Shown here piece by piece: positions 1 through 10,124 of a stretch of DNA of 46,734 nt. A model generated the notes under the pieces. The model was not told the origin of the DNA. It worked only from the letters and a program-made list of their open reading frames with translations, and did no database searches. Source of the stretch: Zoogloeaceae bacterium (lineage in GTDB: Bacteria; Pseudomonadota; Gammaproteobacteria; Burkholderiales; Rhodocyclaceae); NCBI GenBank assembly GCA_031290955.1, contig JAISLJ010000136.1, positions 1-46,734 on the forward strand, written 5' to 3'. Positions within the stretch are counted from its first letter, which is position 1; the number at the start of each line of letters is the position of its first letter. The position numbers were made by a program, and so were the translations under genes.

Positions 1-35
1 CCTCTTCCTGCACGAGCGTCCGCTTCATCTCAAGC

Positions 36-57
36 CTCCCTGGGAATCCCCAGGGAG
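36..57. repeat. 9-bp perfect hairpin (CTCCCTGGG-aatc-CCCAGGGAG)
   Basis: Inverted repeat read directly; no U-tract, so function unclear. Confidence 0.4.
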
Positions 58-129
58 ATACTATGACGACCGGACAACTATCGCGCTACAAAAGTGGACA
101 GATAGGAAGCTCGCTACACCCCAAAACCC

Positions 130-166
130 TCGTCATTGCGAGGGCCGAAGGCTTGTGGCAATCCAC
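130..166 (+). repeat. Dispersed REP/RPE-like repeat, copy 1 (TCGTCATTGCGAGGGCCGAAGG...GTGGCAATCCAC)
   Basis: 34/37 identical to the reverse complement of 34886-34922. Confidence 0.8.
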
Positions 167-341
167 TTCCACGATTCGGCGCGAACGCGCCCACATCCTC
201 ACCTCGCCCCCTTCGGAGCGCGGCGATTCCTCCGCGCCGTTCCCCTCGCCCGCTTGGCGTTTGCCCCTCTCAATGCCGCAAATGCCCGGTTTTTGGCGCG
301 GGCTTGTTATAATCTCGGCGTTCAAGAACGAGGGAGAGCGA

Positions 342-1715
342 ATGCCGCTGGGCTTTTATTACATCATGGCCGCGCAGTTTTTTTCCGCATTGGCCGACAA
401 CGCCTTGCTCATTGCCGCTATCGCCGTCCTGCGCGACATGCAGGCGCCGAGCGAATATGCCCCCCTGCTGAAAGCCTTCTTCACCATCTCCTACGTGCTG
501 CTGGCGGCCTTCGTGGGCGCGTTCGCGGATTCCATGCCCAAGTGGCGCGTCATGTTCATCAGCAACGCCATCAAGATCGTTGGCTGCGTCATGATGTTCC
601 ACGGAATGCATCCGCTCATCGCCTATGCCGTGGTAGGGCTGGGTGCCGCCGCCTATTCCCCGGCCAAGTACGGCATCCTCACCGAATACCTGCCGCACCG
701 GCTCCTGGTGGTCGCCAATGGCTGGATCGAAGGCTTGACCGTGGGCGCCATCATCCTGGGCGTTGTCCTGGGCGGCATCCTGATCGGGCCGGGCATCTCC
801 GGGAAGCTGCTCGCGCTCGACCTGCCCGTGATCGACAGCAGCAACGAAATGGCCATCGCCGTCGTCGGCCTTCTCTACCTTGTCGCCGCCATTTTCAACC
901 TGTATGTGCCGGATACCGGGGTCGACCACAAGCCCTTGCGCAAAAACCCGTTGTACCTGGCGCACGAATTCAATCACTGCCTGAAACTGCTCTGGCGCGA
1001 TAAACTGGGCCAGATCTCGCTTGCTGTGACCACGCTCTTCTGGGGCGCGGGCGCGGCCTTGCAATTCATCCTGATCGACTGGGCCGAACATGTGCTGCGG
1101 CTCGACCTTTCCAGATCCGCCATGTTGCAGGGCGTGGTGGCCGCTGGCGTCATGGTGGGCGCGATGCTGGCCGCGCGGCTCGTCACGCTCGGGAATTCAG
1201 TCAGGGTCATCCCCATGGGCATCGCCATGGGCGCGTTGATTCCGTTCATGACCTGCGTGGAAAGCCTGGAAGCCGCGATTCCACTGCTGGTCGTCATTGG
1301 CGCGTTGTCCGGCTTTTTCGTGGTGCCCATGAACGCCCTGTTGCAGCATCGCGGTCACATCCTCATGGGCGCGGGGCATTCCATCGCCGTGCAGAATTTC
1401 AACGAAAATCTCTCCATCCTCGCCATGACCGGCCTTTACTACCTGATGATGCGCGCGGAGGTTCCCATTTCCTGGGCGATTTTCCTGTTTGGCCTGTTCG
1501 TCAGCGCCGCCATGTATCTCATCCAAAGGCAACATTTCGCCAACCAGCGGCAGGCCGACGCGCTCGCCTACCTGCGTCACATCAACAAAAACAAGCTCGT
1601 TTCCGACCTCAAGGTCGTGATTGCCGATACTGAAGAAATCCTGAAAAGTACTGCGGATATCGCGGGCGAGACGCCACACGGGACAAGGGACACAAGCAAG
1701 GAAAAATCCGATTGA
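342..1715 (+). CDS. lplT: Lysophospholipid transporter LplT (MFS) with an atypical C-terminal extension
   Basis: MPLGFYYIMAAQFFSALADNALL start, AYSPAKYGILTE and HILMGAGHSIAVQNFNEN motifs; ATG 342 follows GAGGGAG, TATAAT at 308-313. Confidence 0.88.
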   Translation: MPLGFYYIMAAQFFSALADNALLIAAIAVLRDMQAPSEYAPLLKAFFTISYVLLAAFVGAFADSMPKWRVMFISNAIKIVGCVMMFHGMHPLIAYAVVGLGAAAYSPAKYGILTEYLPHRLLVVANGWIEGLTVGAIILGVVLGGILIGPGISGKLLALDLPVIDSSNEMAIAVVGLLYLVAAIFNLYVPDTGVDHKPLRKNPLYLAHEFNHCLKLLWRDKLGQISLAVTTLFWGAGAALQFILIDWAEHVLRLDLSRSAMLQGVVAAGVMVGAMLAARLVTLGNSVRVIPMGIAMGALIPFMTCVESLEAAIPLLVVIGALSGFFVVPMNALLQHRGHILMGAGHSIAVQNFNENLSILAMTGLYYLMMRAEVPISWAIFLFGLFVSAAMYLIQRQHFANQRQADALAYLRHINKNKLVSDLKVVIADTEEILKSTADIAGETPHGTRDTSKEKSD

Positions 1716-1765
1716 TCGCCTGCGCTTCCCGGCCTGGAAATCGCCGTTCGCGGGTTTGCAGGTTT

Positions 1766-2159
1766 GGGAGCCGGTCGATAAGCCGGGTTCTGTCGGAGGG
1801 ATTTCCCTCCTGGCAGCCATTCCTCTAGGCCGGGCATTGCTGCCCGGCTCAAGCGACCGACCCGGAAGCGGCGCGGGCCACGCCATTTGCTTCCCTATTT
1901 GGTCTTGCTTCGGATGGGGTTTGCCATGCCAGTCCTGTTGCCAGTCCTGCGGTGGGCGCTTACTCCACCGTTTCACCCTTGCCTGATCCCTTGTTCAGGG
2001 CCATCGGCGGTCTGTTCTCTGTTGCACTTTCCGTCGCCTTGGGCCGTTGAAGGCTTATAGCGCCCGGCCGTTAGCCGGCATCCTGCCCTGCGAAGCCCGG
2101 ACTTTCCTCCCCCCGCCGGAATCCTCCCCGGACGGGCAGCGGCTGCCTGACCGACTCCC
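1766..2159 (-). ncRNA. rnpB: RNase P RNA, bacterial class A
   Basis: Minus strand has GAGGAAAGTCCGGGC, AGTGCAACAGAGA, GCAAGACCAAATAGG and GACAGAACCCGGCTTAT; ends pair (GGGAGTCGGTC / GACCGGCTCCC); TATAAT at 2167-2172 upstream. Confidence 0.96.
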
Positions 2160-2265
2160 GGCAGGGATTATACCTTGTCTTCTGCCTTCCGATCCCCGAC
2201 ATCCGGCCCGCTTTCTGGTCGGCAATACCGTACAATGAATACCCTTTTCCGAAAAATTCAGGACG

Positions 2266-3213
2266 ATGTTCTATTCTGTCTTGCGTTTTGCCATCGTGTT
2301 GCTCGTTTTCCAGGCGCTCTTGCCGCACGCCGCTGCGCAGGCAGCCCGCGATAGGGTTGTCGAAAAAGGCGACGCTGGACAGCTCGCCAGCGAGCGAAGT
2401 GCCGAAGTGGAGACGGAGATTTGGTGCGCGCAGCTCGCCAGGCGTCTGCGCAGTGTCGATGCGCAATCCTGTCGGATGTGGAAGCCGCGTCCCGCAAAGG
2501 TGCGTTCCGCGCAGGGACATCCCCTGATGACCATCGCGCCCGAGACCCGGAGCGCCGCAGACCAGACGCCAGTGCGCATCTTCCTGATCGGCGGCATGCA
2601 CGGCGACGAACTTGCCTCGGTCTCGATCCTCTTTCGCTGGATGCCGTTCCTGAAGGAAGAGGAGGCGCGCGCGTACGTCTGGCGCATCGCGCCACTGGCC
2701 AATCCCGATGGTCTGTTTGCCACACCGCCACGGCGCGTCAACGGCAATGGCGTGGATCTGAACCGCAATTTTCCGACTCCGGATTGGAAGCGCGACGCGC
2801 TTGCCTACTGGCAACGCCATACCCGGAGCGACCCACGTCGCTATCCCGGCAAGGCTGCCCAATCGGAGCCGGAAACCCGCTGGCTATTGAACGAGATCGC
2901 CACCTTCCGGCCCGATGTGATCATTTCCGTTCACGCACCCTACGACCTTCTGGACTACGACGGCCCGCCGAAAACCTTGCCCCGACGCTTCGGACGGCTC
3001 AACCTGAATCAACTGGGCGTTTATCCCGGCTCGCTCGGGAATTTCGGCGGCGTCTTCAAGAACATCCCGGTCATCACCATTGAGCTGTCACACGCGAATG
3101 TCATGCCTTCTGCCCAAGAACAACGCCGGATCTGGGACGACATGATCCACTGGATCCAGCGCCACATCCTGCCCGTCCGGAATGTCAGGAATGACGAGAC
3201 GCGACCGCGTTGA
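2266..3213 (+). CDS. M14 family zinc carboxypeptidase, murein peptide amidase A (MpaA)-like, with signal peptide
   Basis: GGMHGDE (HxxE), NPDG, RVNGNGVDLNRNFP, SEPET, ISVHAP, ITIEL motifs. Confidence 0.85.
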   Translation: MFYSVLRFAIVLLVFQALLPHAAAQAARDRVVEKGDAGQLASERSAEVETEIWCAQLARRLRSVDAQSCRMWKPRPAKVRSAQGHPLMTIAPETRSAADQTPVRIFLIGGMHGDELASVSILFRWMPFLKEEEARAYVWRIAPLANPDGLFATPPRRVNGNGVDLNRNFPTPDWKRDALAYWQRHTRSDPRRYPGKAAQSEPETRWLLNEIATFRPDVIISVHAPYDLLDYDGPPKTLPRRFGRLNLNQLGVYPGSLGNFGGVFKNIPVITIELSHANVMPSAQEQRRIWDDMIHWIQRHILPVRNVRNDETRPR

Positions 3214-3249
3214 GCGGGGGATCATTCCAGTATTTTTCCGTTGAATCCA

Positions 3250-4533
3250 TCAAGCCGCTGCTGCTTCCCTTTCGATCAGGATGACCGCCTGGGCTTCGAT
3301 GGCTTCGTTGCGACCCAGATAGCCCAGTTTTTCATTGGTCTTGCCCTTGATATTGACGGCATCCACAGGCAAGCCCAGGTCTGCGGCAAGGTTGGCGCGC
3401 ATGGCCGGGATGTACGGGGCGAGGCGCGGGGACTGGGCGATGATTGTGGAATCAAGATTCACGGGCCGCCAACCCAGTTGCCGGATGCGCAGCAGGATTT
3501 CTTGCAGGAGGAGGCGGCTTTTTGCGCCGGAGAATCGGGGATCGGTGTCGGGAAAGTGGCCGCCGATGTCGCCCAGACCTGCCGCGCCCAGAAGCGCGTC
3601 GGTAACGGCATGCAGGAGAACATCCGCATCGGAATGGCCGAGCAGCCCCTTCGCAAATGGAATTTCCACTCCGCCCAGGATGAGTTTTCGCCCTGGCGCC
3701 AGCGCATGAACATCATAACCCTGTCCGATCCGAAGTCCTGCGGATGGCAATTTCTCCCTTTCGTCTGGTTTCTGGTTCTTCTGGAGGGCAAGGATGCTTG
3801 CCGCCAAGGCCATATCCTCGGAATGGGTGACTTTCAGATTGCCTGCCGCACCCGGCACGAGGCGCGGCGCGTAGCCGGCAGCTTCCATCGCGCAGGCTTC
3901 GTCGGTGACTTCCGGATGCGCCGCCAGCGCGGCTTGCAGGCGGGCGGCACGGAACATCTGCGGCGTTTGTGCCTGCCAGAGACCGGCGCGAGGCAGGGTG
4001 GCGGCACTACGCGCATCCGCGTCGTTCCCGGTGTCAGCGCGCTTCAGCGTGTCGGCAAGCGGAATTGCCAGCAGCCCGCCAACCGGGTCTTCTGCAAGCG
4101 TGGCGATCAATCTTTCCAGCATGGCCCCGGCAAGGCAAGGGCGAGCGGCGTCATGTACCAGCACCCAGTCTTCCGGCGCAAGGACAGCGGCAGCCGCTTC
4201 GAGGCCACGCAGCACGCTTTCCGCCCGACTTGCGCCACCACAGCGCGCGACTTCCAATTTTTCCCCCAACATACGCCAATCCACCTGCCATTCGGGTCGT
4301 TGCCAATGAATATCCTCCGGCGCGAGGACAACCCAGACGCGCTCAATGACCGGGCAGGCGCACAAAGTGAAGAGCGTATGCCAGAGCATGGGGCGACCGA
4401 GGAGATCCTGATACTGCTTGGGCGTTGCGCCACCAAAACGACTGCCGCTGCCTGCAGCAGGAACAATGGCGTAATACCTGGGGGAACGGGATATCGGATC
4501 GGGCGCTGATCCTGGCGTTGCGCGGATGCTCAT
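3250..4533 (-). CDS. ispDF: Bifunctional IspD/IspF (MEP pathway)
   Basis: IspD motifs [30 protein letters not shown], then IspF motifs [31 protein letters not shown] in one ORF; start at MSIRAT. Confidence 0.93.
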   Translation of the reverse strand: MSIRATPGSAPDPISRSPRYYAIVPAAGSGSRFGGATPKQYQDLLGRPMLWHTLFTLCACPVIERVWVVLAPEDIHWQRPEWQVDWRMLGEKLEVARCGGASRAESVLRGLEAAAAVLAPEDWVLVHDAARPCLAGAMLERLIATLAEDPVGGLLAIPLADTLKRADTGNDADARSAATLPRAGLWQAQTPQMFRAARLQAALAAHPEVTDEACAMEAAGYAPRLVPGAAGNLKVTHSEDMALAASILALQKNQKPDEREKLPSAGLRIGQGYDVHALAPGRKLILGGVEIPFAKGLLGHSDADVLLHAVTDALLGAAGLGDIGGHFPDTDPRFSGAKSRLLLQEILLRIRQLGWRPVNLDSTIIAQSPRLAPYIPAMRANLAADLGLPVDAVNIKGKTNEKLGYLGRNEAIEAQAVILIEREAAAA

Positions 4534-4541
4534 GCCAGAGT

Positions 4542-5129
4542 TCAGGAGGTGGAAGCGCTGCGCCGGGCGATTTCCGGCCAGGCCTTGTGCAGGTAATAGC
4601 CCATCGACCACAGGGTAAGAAGCGCCGCGACCCAGATCAGGACATTACCGATGGCAAGCGTGCTCCAGCCAAGGATGGGAATGGGCGCGCCGTACAGCAG
4701 GAGAATAATGGCGATCATCTGGGCGGTCGTCTTGATCTTGCCGATCATGGAAACCGCCACGCTTTTCGCGGCCCCGATCTTTGCCATCCATTCGCGCAGG
4801 GCAGAAATGGTAATTTCTCGTCCGATGATGATTACCGCCACCGCCGCATTGGTGCGATCCAGTTCCACCAGCATGAAGAGGGCGGCAGCCACGATGAGTT
4901 TGTCGGCCACTGGGTCCAGGAATGCGCCAAAGGCGGAGGTCTGGTTCAAGCGCCGCGCAAGGAAGCCATCCAGCCAATCCGTCAGCGCTGCAGCGATGAA
5001 GAGCAGGGTTGCAAACAGGTTGCGCTCCAAAGGTGTGAGCCAGGAAGGCGGCAGGTTGAACACCAGGATCAGGAGCGGAATGGCGAGGATGCGCAGCCAG
5101 GTCAGGAAGATGGGCAGGTTGAAAGGCAT
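4542..5129 (-). CDS. pgsA: CDP-diacylglycerol--glycerol-3-phosphate 3-phosphatidyltransferase
   Basis: [11 protein letters not shown]...[11 protein letters not shown] motif; directly follows uvrC. Confidence 0.95.
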   Translation of the reverse strand: MPFNLPIFLTWLRILAIPLLILVFNLPPSWLTPLERNLFATLLFIAAALTDWLDGFLARRLNQTSAFGAFLDPVADKLIVAAALFMLVELDRTNAAVAVIIIGREITISALREWMAKIGAAKSVAVSMIGKIKTTAQMIAIILLLYGAPIPILGWSTLAIGNVLIWVAALLTLWSMGYYLHKAWPEIARRSASTS

Positions 5130-5169
5130 TGTTCAGGCATGTCTGGTCAAGCGTTTGTGGCGCTGCGTT

Positions 5170-6996
5170 TCAATGCAGCGCGGCATGGATGGTCTTGGCG
5201 AGCGCCGGACTGATGCCCGGCGCCTGCGCCAGTTGTTCCTCGGAAGCGGCGATGACACCAAGCAGGCCGCCGAAACGCGCGATGAGCGCCTTTCTCCGGG
5301 CAGCGCCAATGCCGGGAATTTCGTCCAGCCGGGAAACGTTCCTTGCCTTGGCGCGGCGAGCACGGTGACCGGTAATCGCAAAACGGTGCGCTTCGTCGCG
5401 GATTTCCACCAGCAAATTGAGCGCCGGATGATGTGCCCCCAATTGTAGCGTTTCCCGCTCGTCCGGGAAGACCAGGGATTCAAGTCCCACCTTGCGGCCT
5501 TCGCCTTTCACGATCCCCACCACAGGCAGGGCGGATAATCCCAGTTCCGCCAATGCTTCGGCGGCAACGCGCGTCTGTCCCTTGCCGCCGTCGATCAAAA
5601 TGAGGTCGGGCAAGCGTTGTCCGCCGGATTCGGCTTCTTCCTGGAGCCTTGCATAGCGGCGATGCACTGCCTGCCGCATGGCGGCGTAGTCGTCGCCCGG
5701 CTCGATGTCGCGGATATTGAAACGCCGGTAGTCGGAATGCTTCATGCCCTGATCCTGATAGGCAACGCAGGAGGCGACCGGCAATTCTCCACGGGTGTGA
5801 CTGATATCGAAGCACTCGATGCGCGTCGGGGTTTCAGCAAGCTGCAACGCTACACGCAGGGCTTCCAGCCGTTCGGCCTGCCGGGCGTTGCTCTGGCTGC
5901 GGGCAGCAATGGCAAGGAGCGCATTCTGACGCGCCATGTCTACCCAGGCCCGGTGCATGACGCTCCTGGCTTCTCGCAGCGGCACGGGACGTCCGGCGGC
6001 AACTTCCAACGCCGTCAAGATTTCTTCCGCATCTTCCGGTTGTGGGGAAAGCATGAGGAAAGCAGGCGCGGGATGCCGAGTATAGTGCTGGGCAATGAAA
6101 GCTGCCAATGCCTCGTCCAGATCAAAGGCCAGCATTCCGCCACTGCGCAGGGGAAACATTGGCCGGTCACCCAAATGATGGCCACCACGTACCATGGCGA
6201 GATTGACACACAGTTGCCCATTTTCGGCAACGGCGACAAGAATATCCACATCCTCGCTCTTCTGGCTGGCAACGGCCTGCCGCTCCTGCACCTGGCGCAG
6301 GGACTGGATCTGGTCGCGGCAGAGCGCCGCCGCTTCAAAGCGGAGTTCCGCCGCTGCCGTTTCCATCGCGCGTCCTAGGTGTTCCAACACCTCATGCTGG
6401 CGACCCTGGAGGAACCAGATGGCGTGCCGCACGTCGTGGGTGTAGTCTTCCTCTGTCACCAGTCCCGCAACACAGGGGCCACTGCATCGCCGGATCTGGT
6501 GCAGAAGACAGGGGCGGGAACGGTGGGAAAAAACGGAATCCGAACAGGTACGCAGGCGAAACATTTTCTGGAGAAGGTCAATGCTCTCGCGCACGGCCTG
6601 CGCGGAAGGAAAGGGACCAAAGTAATCCGCCTTTCGGTCGGGATGGCCCCGGAAAAAGCCCAGGCGCGGAAAGGCATCCCGGGTAAGGAGGATGTAGGGA
6701 TAGGATTTGTCGTCCCGGAAAAGGATGTTGTAGCGGGGCGCAAGGCGCTTGATGAGATTGTTTTCCAGCAGGAGCGCTTCGGCTTCCGAACGGGTAACGG
6801 TGGTCTCGATCGCGGCAATCTGGCTCACCATCATGGCGATGCGCGGACTGGCGATGGTTTTCTGGAAATAGGAGGAGATCCGCTTCTTCAAGTTCTTCGC
6901 CTTGCCCACATAGAGTATTGCGCCATCCTCTGCCCGCATACGGTATACCCCCGGCAGTTCCGGCAAGGAAGAAAGGAAATGCTTGTCCAGTTTCAT
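5170..6996 (-). CDS. uvrC: Excinuclease ABC subunit C
   Basis: GIY-YIG (PGVYRM...LYVGKAKNL), RDDKSYPY, RIECFDISH, LILIDGGKGQ, RDEAHRFAI, C-terminal HhH. Confidence 0.97.
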   Translation of the reverse strand: MKLDKHFLSSLPELPGVYRMRAEDGAILYVGKAKNLKKRISSYFQKTIASPRIAMMVSQIAAIETTVTRSEAEALLLENNLIKRLAPRYNILFRDDKSYPYILLTRDAFPRLGFFRGHPDRKADYFGPFPSAQAVRESIDLLQKMFRLRTCSDSVFSHRSRPCLLHQIRRCSGPCVAGLVTEEDYTHDVRHAIWFLQGRQHEVLEHLGRAMETAAAELRFEAAALCRDQIQSLRQVQERQAVASQKSEDVDILVAVAENGQLCVNLAMVRGGHHLGDRPMFPLRSGGMLAFDLDEALAAFIAQHYTRHPAPAFLMLSPQPEDAEEILTALEVAAGRPVPLREARSVMHRAWVDMARQNALLAIAARSQSNARQAERLEALRVALQLAETPTRIECFDISHTRGELPVASCVAYQDQGMKHSDYRRFNIRDIEPGDDYAAMRQAVHRRYARLQEEAESGGQRLPDLILIDGGKGQTRVAAEALAELGLSALPVVGIVKGEGRKVGLESLVFPDERETLQLGAHHPALNLLVEIRDEAHRFAITGHRARRAKARNVSRLDEIPGIGAARRKALIARFGGLLGVIAASEEQLAQAPGISPALAKTIHAALH

Positions 6997-7118
6997 TTCA
7001 GCGCGCGCAGTTCATCAGGACCGGCATGTCGGGTCGTGCGTCAAGGGCTGAGCCAACACGCTTTGCCGCCACATGCGGCGTAACTTTCCGTTTGCGTTGC
7101 CCTTCGCCCTCTGTTTGA

Positions 7119-9968
7119 CTACTGGCAAGCCTCGCAATCAGGATTGTTGATGGCACAGAATCGAGGCGTTCCTTCTGATTCCTGATCCCTGACTCCTGAA
7201 CCTTGATCTCCCAGTTTTTCCGCCTGCGATGCGCCCAAGGTGCGCAGATAGTAGGTAGTTTTCAGGCCCTTCAGCCAGGCAAGCTTGTAGAGTTCGTCCA
7301 GTTTCTTGCCAGAAGGCACAGCAAGGTAGAGGTTCAGGGATTGTGCTTGGTCGATCCATTTCTGCCGTCTTGACGCAGCTTCCACTAACCACTTAGAATC
7401 AATCTCAAAAGCAGTGGCATAGCGCCGCCGTATTTCCTCTGGCACGCGGTCAATGCGGGCAAGCGAACCATCAAAATACTTGAGGTCGGCAACCATCACT
7501 GCGTCCCACAAGTCCTTTTCCTTCAATTCACGCACCAAATGTTCATTGACCACAGTGAATTCACCAGAAAGATTGGATTTGACGTACAGATTCTGGTATT
7601 CCGGCTCTATCCCTTGAGAGACACCGACAATATTGGAAATGGTTGCGGTCGGGGCAATGGCGACACAACTGGAATTACGCATCCCCACCTTCTGGATACG
7701 CGCGCGTAAAACATCCCAGTCAAGATTGGCACTTCTGTCCTGTTCAATGGGACGGCCGCGCTCGGCTTCCAGCAACGCAATGGAATCAAGCGGCAGGATG
7801 CCCTGATCCCAGAGGCTACCCTTGAAACTGGAATAGCGCCCGCGTTCTTCGGCCAGCTGGGCCGAGGCCTGATAGGCAAGGTAGCAGACGGTTTCCATGG
7901 AGCGGTCAGCAAAAGCTACGGCTTCTTCCGAGGCATAGGAAAGTCCCAACTGATGCAAGCAATCTGAAAAACCCATGATGCCCAGCCCCACGGGGCGATG
8001 ACGCAGGTTGGCATTCCGCGCCTTTGGCGTGGCATAGAAATTCATATCTACCACGTTATCCAGAATGCGCATGGCTGTGCCGATGCTGCGCGCAAGTTTT
8101 TCCACGTCAAGCGCGCCTTCCCGAATATGCGCAGGCAGGTTGATGGAACCCAGGTTGCAGACGGCAGTTTCTGTCTCCGAAGTATTCAAGGTGATTTCCG
8201 TGCACAGATTGGAACTGTGTACTACGCCCATGTGTTGCTGCGGCGAACGCAAGTTGCAAGGATCCTTGAAGGTAATCCACGGATGTCCGGTCTCGAAGAG
8301 CATGGTAAGCATGCGCCGCCAGAGCTGTACGGCAGGAATCTTGCGAAAAAGTTTGATCTTGCCCGTTTCGACCTGTGCTTCGTAGGCAAGATAGGCTTGC
8401 GCAAAGTCGCGTCCTACTCGTTCATGCAGGTCAGGTACGTCACTCGGGGAAAAGAGAGTCCATTCGCCGTTTTCCATCACTCGTTCCATGAAGAGATCGG
8501 GAATCCAGTGCGCAGTGTTCATATCATGGCAACGACGGCGCTCGTCGCCAGTATTCTTGCGCAATTCCAGGAACTCCTCAATATCCAGGTGCCATGTTTC
8601 CAGATAGGCGCAAACCGCGCCTTTCCGTCTGCCGCCTTGGTTGACCGCCACTGCCGTATCGTTGACGACCTTGAGGAACGGAATCACTCCCTGACTTTTG
8701 CCATTTGTGCCTTTGATGCGACTTCCCAAGGCACGTACCGGCGTCCAGTCATTTCCAAGTCCTCCAGCATATTTTTGCAAAAGAGCATTTTCCTTCAATG
8801 CCTGATAGATGCCTTCCAGGTCATCGGAAACCGTGGTGAGGTAGCAGGAGGAAAGCTGCGGATGACGAGTACCGGCATTGAAGAGGGTTGGCGTCGAACA
8901 CATGAAATCAAAGCGGGAAATGAGATCATAGAACTCGATGGCACGGGTTTCACGATCAATTTCGAGCAAGGAGAGACCCATTGCAACACGCATGAAAAAG
9001 ATCTGCGGCAGTTCGATACGACGTTCCTCAATGTGCAGGAAATAGCGATCGTAGAGAGTTTGCAGACCAAGACAGCCGAATTGCAAATCGCGTTCCGGCT
9101 TCAACGCCGCCGCAAGACGACCAAGATCGAATTCCGCCAGACGTGGATCAAGCAATTCAGCTTCAATGCCCAATTTCACGAAGCGGGAAAAATATTCACG
9201 TGTTTTTTCTTCTATGGTCTCCGGTGCAATTTCCTCGCCCAATACTTCGGCACTGAGCGCAAGAAGTTGCAGACGGGCCGTCACCTTGTCATAGACCGGA
9301 TCCTGCTCGATCAGGGTGCGCGCGGCAAGCGTCAGCGCAGTATGAACTTCCGCGAATGGCATGCCGTCATAAAGATTTCCCAAGGCAAGATCAAGCACCT
9401 TTTGCGCCGAAGCTTCCTCACCCAATCCGACGCAGGCCGCTTCCACGCGCAGAGCCAGAATACGGACATCAAGCGGCTGACGAACACCATCAATGATAAT
9501 GGAAAGAGAAGCCTTTTCCGTGCCAGTCTTTTCTGCTTGCGCCCGCATAGCGCGTTCTTCCGCCCGGCGCTCCCGATAAAGTACGTAGGCACGCGCCACA
9601 TCATGTTCACCCGCCCGCATGAGAGCCAGTTCCACTTGATCCTGGATGGCCTCAATATGTATTGTGCCACCCGCTGGACGACGACGCGCCAAAGCCTCGA
9701 TCACATTACGGGTAAGGCGCTGCACCACTTCCCGGATGCGGGCGGAAGTTGTGCTCTGTGCCCCTTCCACAGCCAAAAATGCTTTGCTCAAGGCCAGCGT
9801 GATTTTTTCAGACCGGAAAGACGTAACATCGCCGTTGCGGCGGATGACTTCTAGGCTGGAACAGATGTCGGCTGTTGGCATACCATCAATCCGTACACCA
9901 CTCGCGCTGCTTATGCCAGATTCACGTTCCTGAACCAGATTTCCCAATACCAATGGATCATGCCGCAT
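7119..9968 (-). CDS. nrdA: Ribonucleotide reductase class I alpha subunit with tandem N-terminal ATP-cones
   Basis: STPTLFNAG, SSCYL, SNLCTEI, AIAPTATIS, KTTYYLR tyrosine dyad, C-terminal CEACQ. Confidence 0.96.
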   Translation of the reverse strand: MRHDPLVLGNLVQERESGISSASGVRIDGMPTADICSSLEVIRRNGDVTSFRSEKITLALSKAFLAVEGAQSTTSARIREVVQRLTRNVIEALARRRPAGGTIHIEAIQDQVELALMRAGEHDVARAYVLYRERRAEERAMRAQAEKTGTEKASLSIIIDGVRQPLDVRILALRVEAACVGLGEEASAQKVLDLALGNLYDGMPFAEVHTALTLAARTLIEQDPVYDKVTARLQLLALSAEVLGEEIAPETIEEKTREYFSRFVKLGIEAELLDPRLAEFDLGRLAAALKPERDLQFGCLGLQTLYDRYFLHIEERRIELPQIFFMRVAMGLSLLEIDRETRAIEFYDLISRFDFMCSTPTLFNAGTRHPQLSSCYLTTVSDDLEGIYQALKENALLQKYAGGLGNDWTPVRALGSRIKGTNGKSQGVIPFLKVVNDTAVAVNQGGRRKGAVCAYLETWHLDIEEFLELRKNTGDERRRCHDMNTAHWIPDLFMERVMENGEWTLFSPSDVPDLHERVGRDFAQAYLAYEAQVETGKIKLFRKIPAVQLWRRMLTMLFETGHPWITFKDPCNLRSPQQHMGVVHSSNLCTEITLNTSETETAVCNLGSINLPAHIREGALDVEKLARSIGTAMRILDNVVDMNFYATPKARNANLRHRPVGLGIMGFSDCLHQLGLSYASEEAVAFADRSMETVCYLAYQASAQLAEERGRYSSFKGSLWDQGILPLDSIALLEAERGRPIEQDRSANLDWDVLRARIQKVGMRNSSCVAIAPTATISNIVGVSQGIEPEYQNLYVKSNLSGEFTVVNEHLVRELKEKDLWDAVMVADLKYFDGSLARIDRVPEEIRRRYATAFEIDSKWLVEAASRRQKWIDQAQSLNLYLAVPSGKKLDELYKLAWLKGLKTTYYLRTLGASQAEKLGDQGSGVRDQESEGTPRFCAINNPDCEACQ
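7175..7209. repeat. Five tandem heptamers (CTGATTC CTGATCC CTGACTC CTGAACC TTGATCT) inside the nrdA 3' end
   Basis: Read directly; encodes DQGSGVRDQES in the flexible tail. Confidence 0.75.
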
Positions 9969-10079
9969 GCTTTTCGTTACTCCCTGTGCCAGCAGATTAA
10001 TGACAAAATAATGTATGGCTCGTCAAGTCATACGGGGCGTGAGTTTAAGGGCAGGAAGGTAGAACGTCAAGTATGAACT

Positions 10080-10123
10080 ACAGCATCTAGCGTTCACTTG
10101 AAGGAAATCAACAAGATATAGTG
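10080..10123. promoter_or_regulatory. Pair of NrdR boxes upstream of nrdA
   Basis: ACAGCATCTAGCG (10080-10092) and ACAAGATATAGTG (10111-10123) resemble the NrdR consensus and start 31 bp apart, the typical spacing. Confidence 0.8.
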
Positions 10124-10124
10124 C

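Noticed and set aside
63-341. 93-aa N-terminal extension of LplT in the ORF track
   Set aside because: Runs through an intergenic repeat and a TATAAT; family similarity and RBS point to ATG 342
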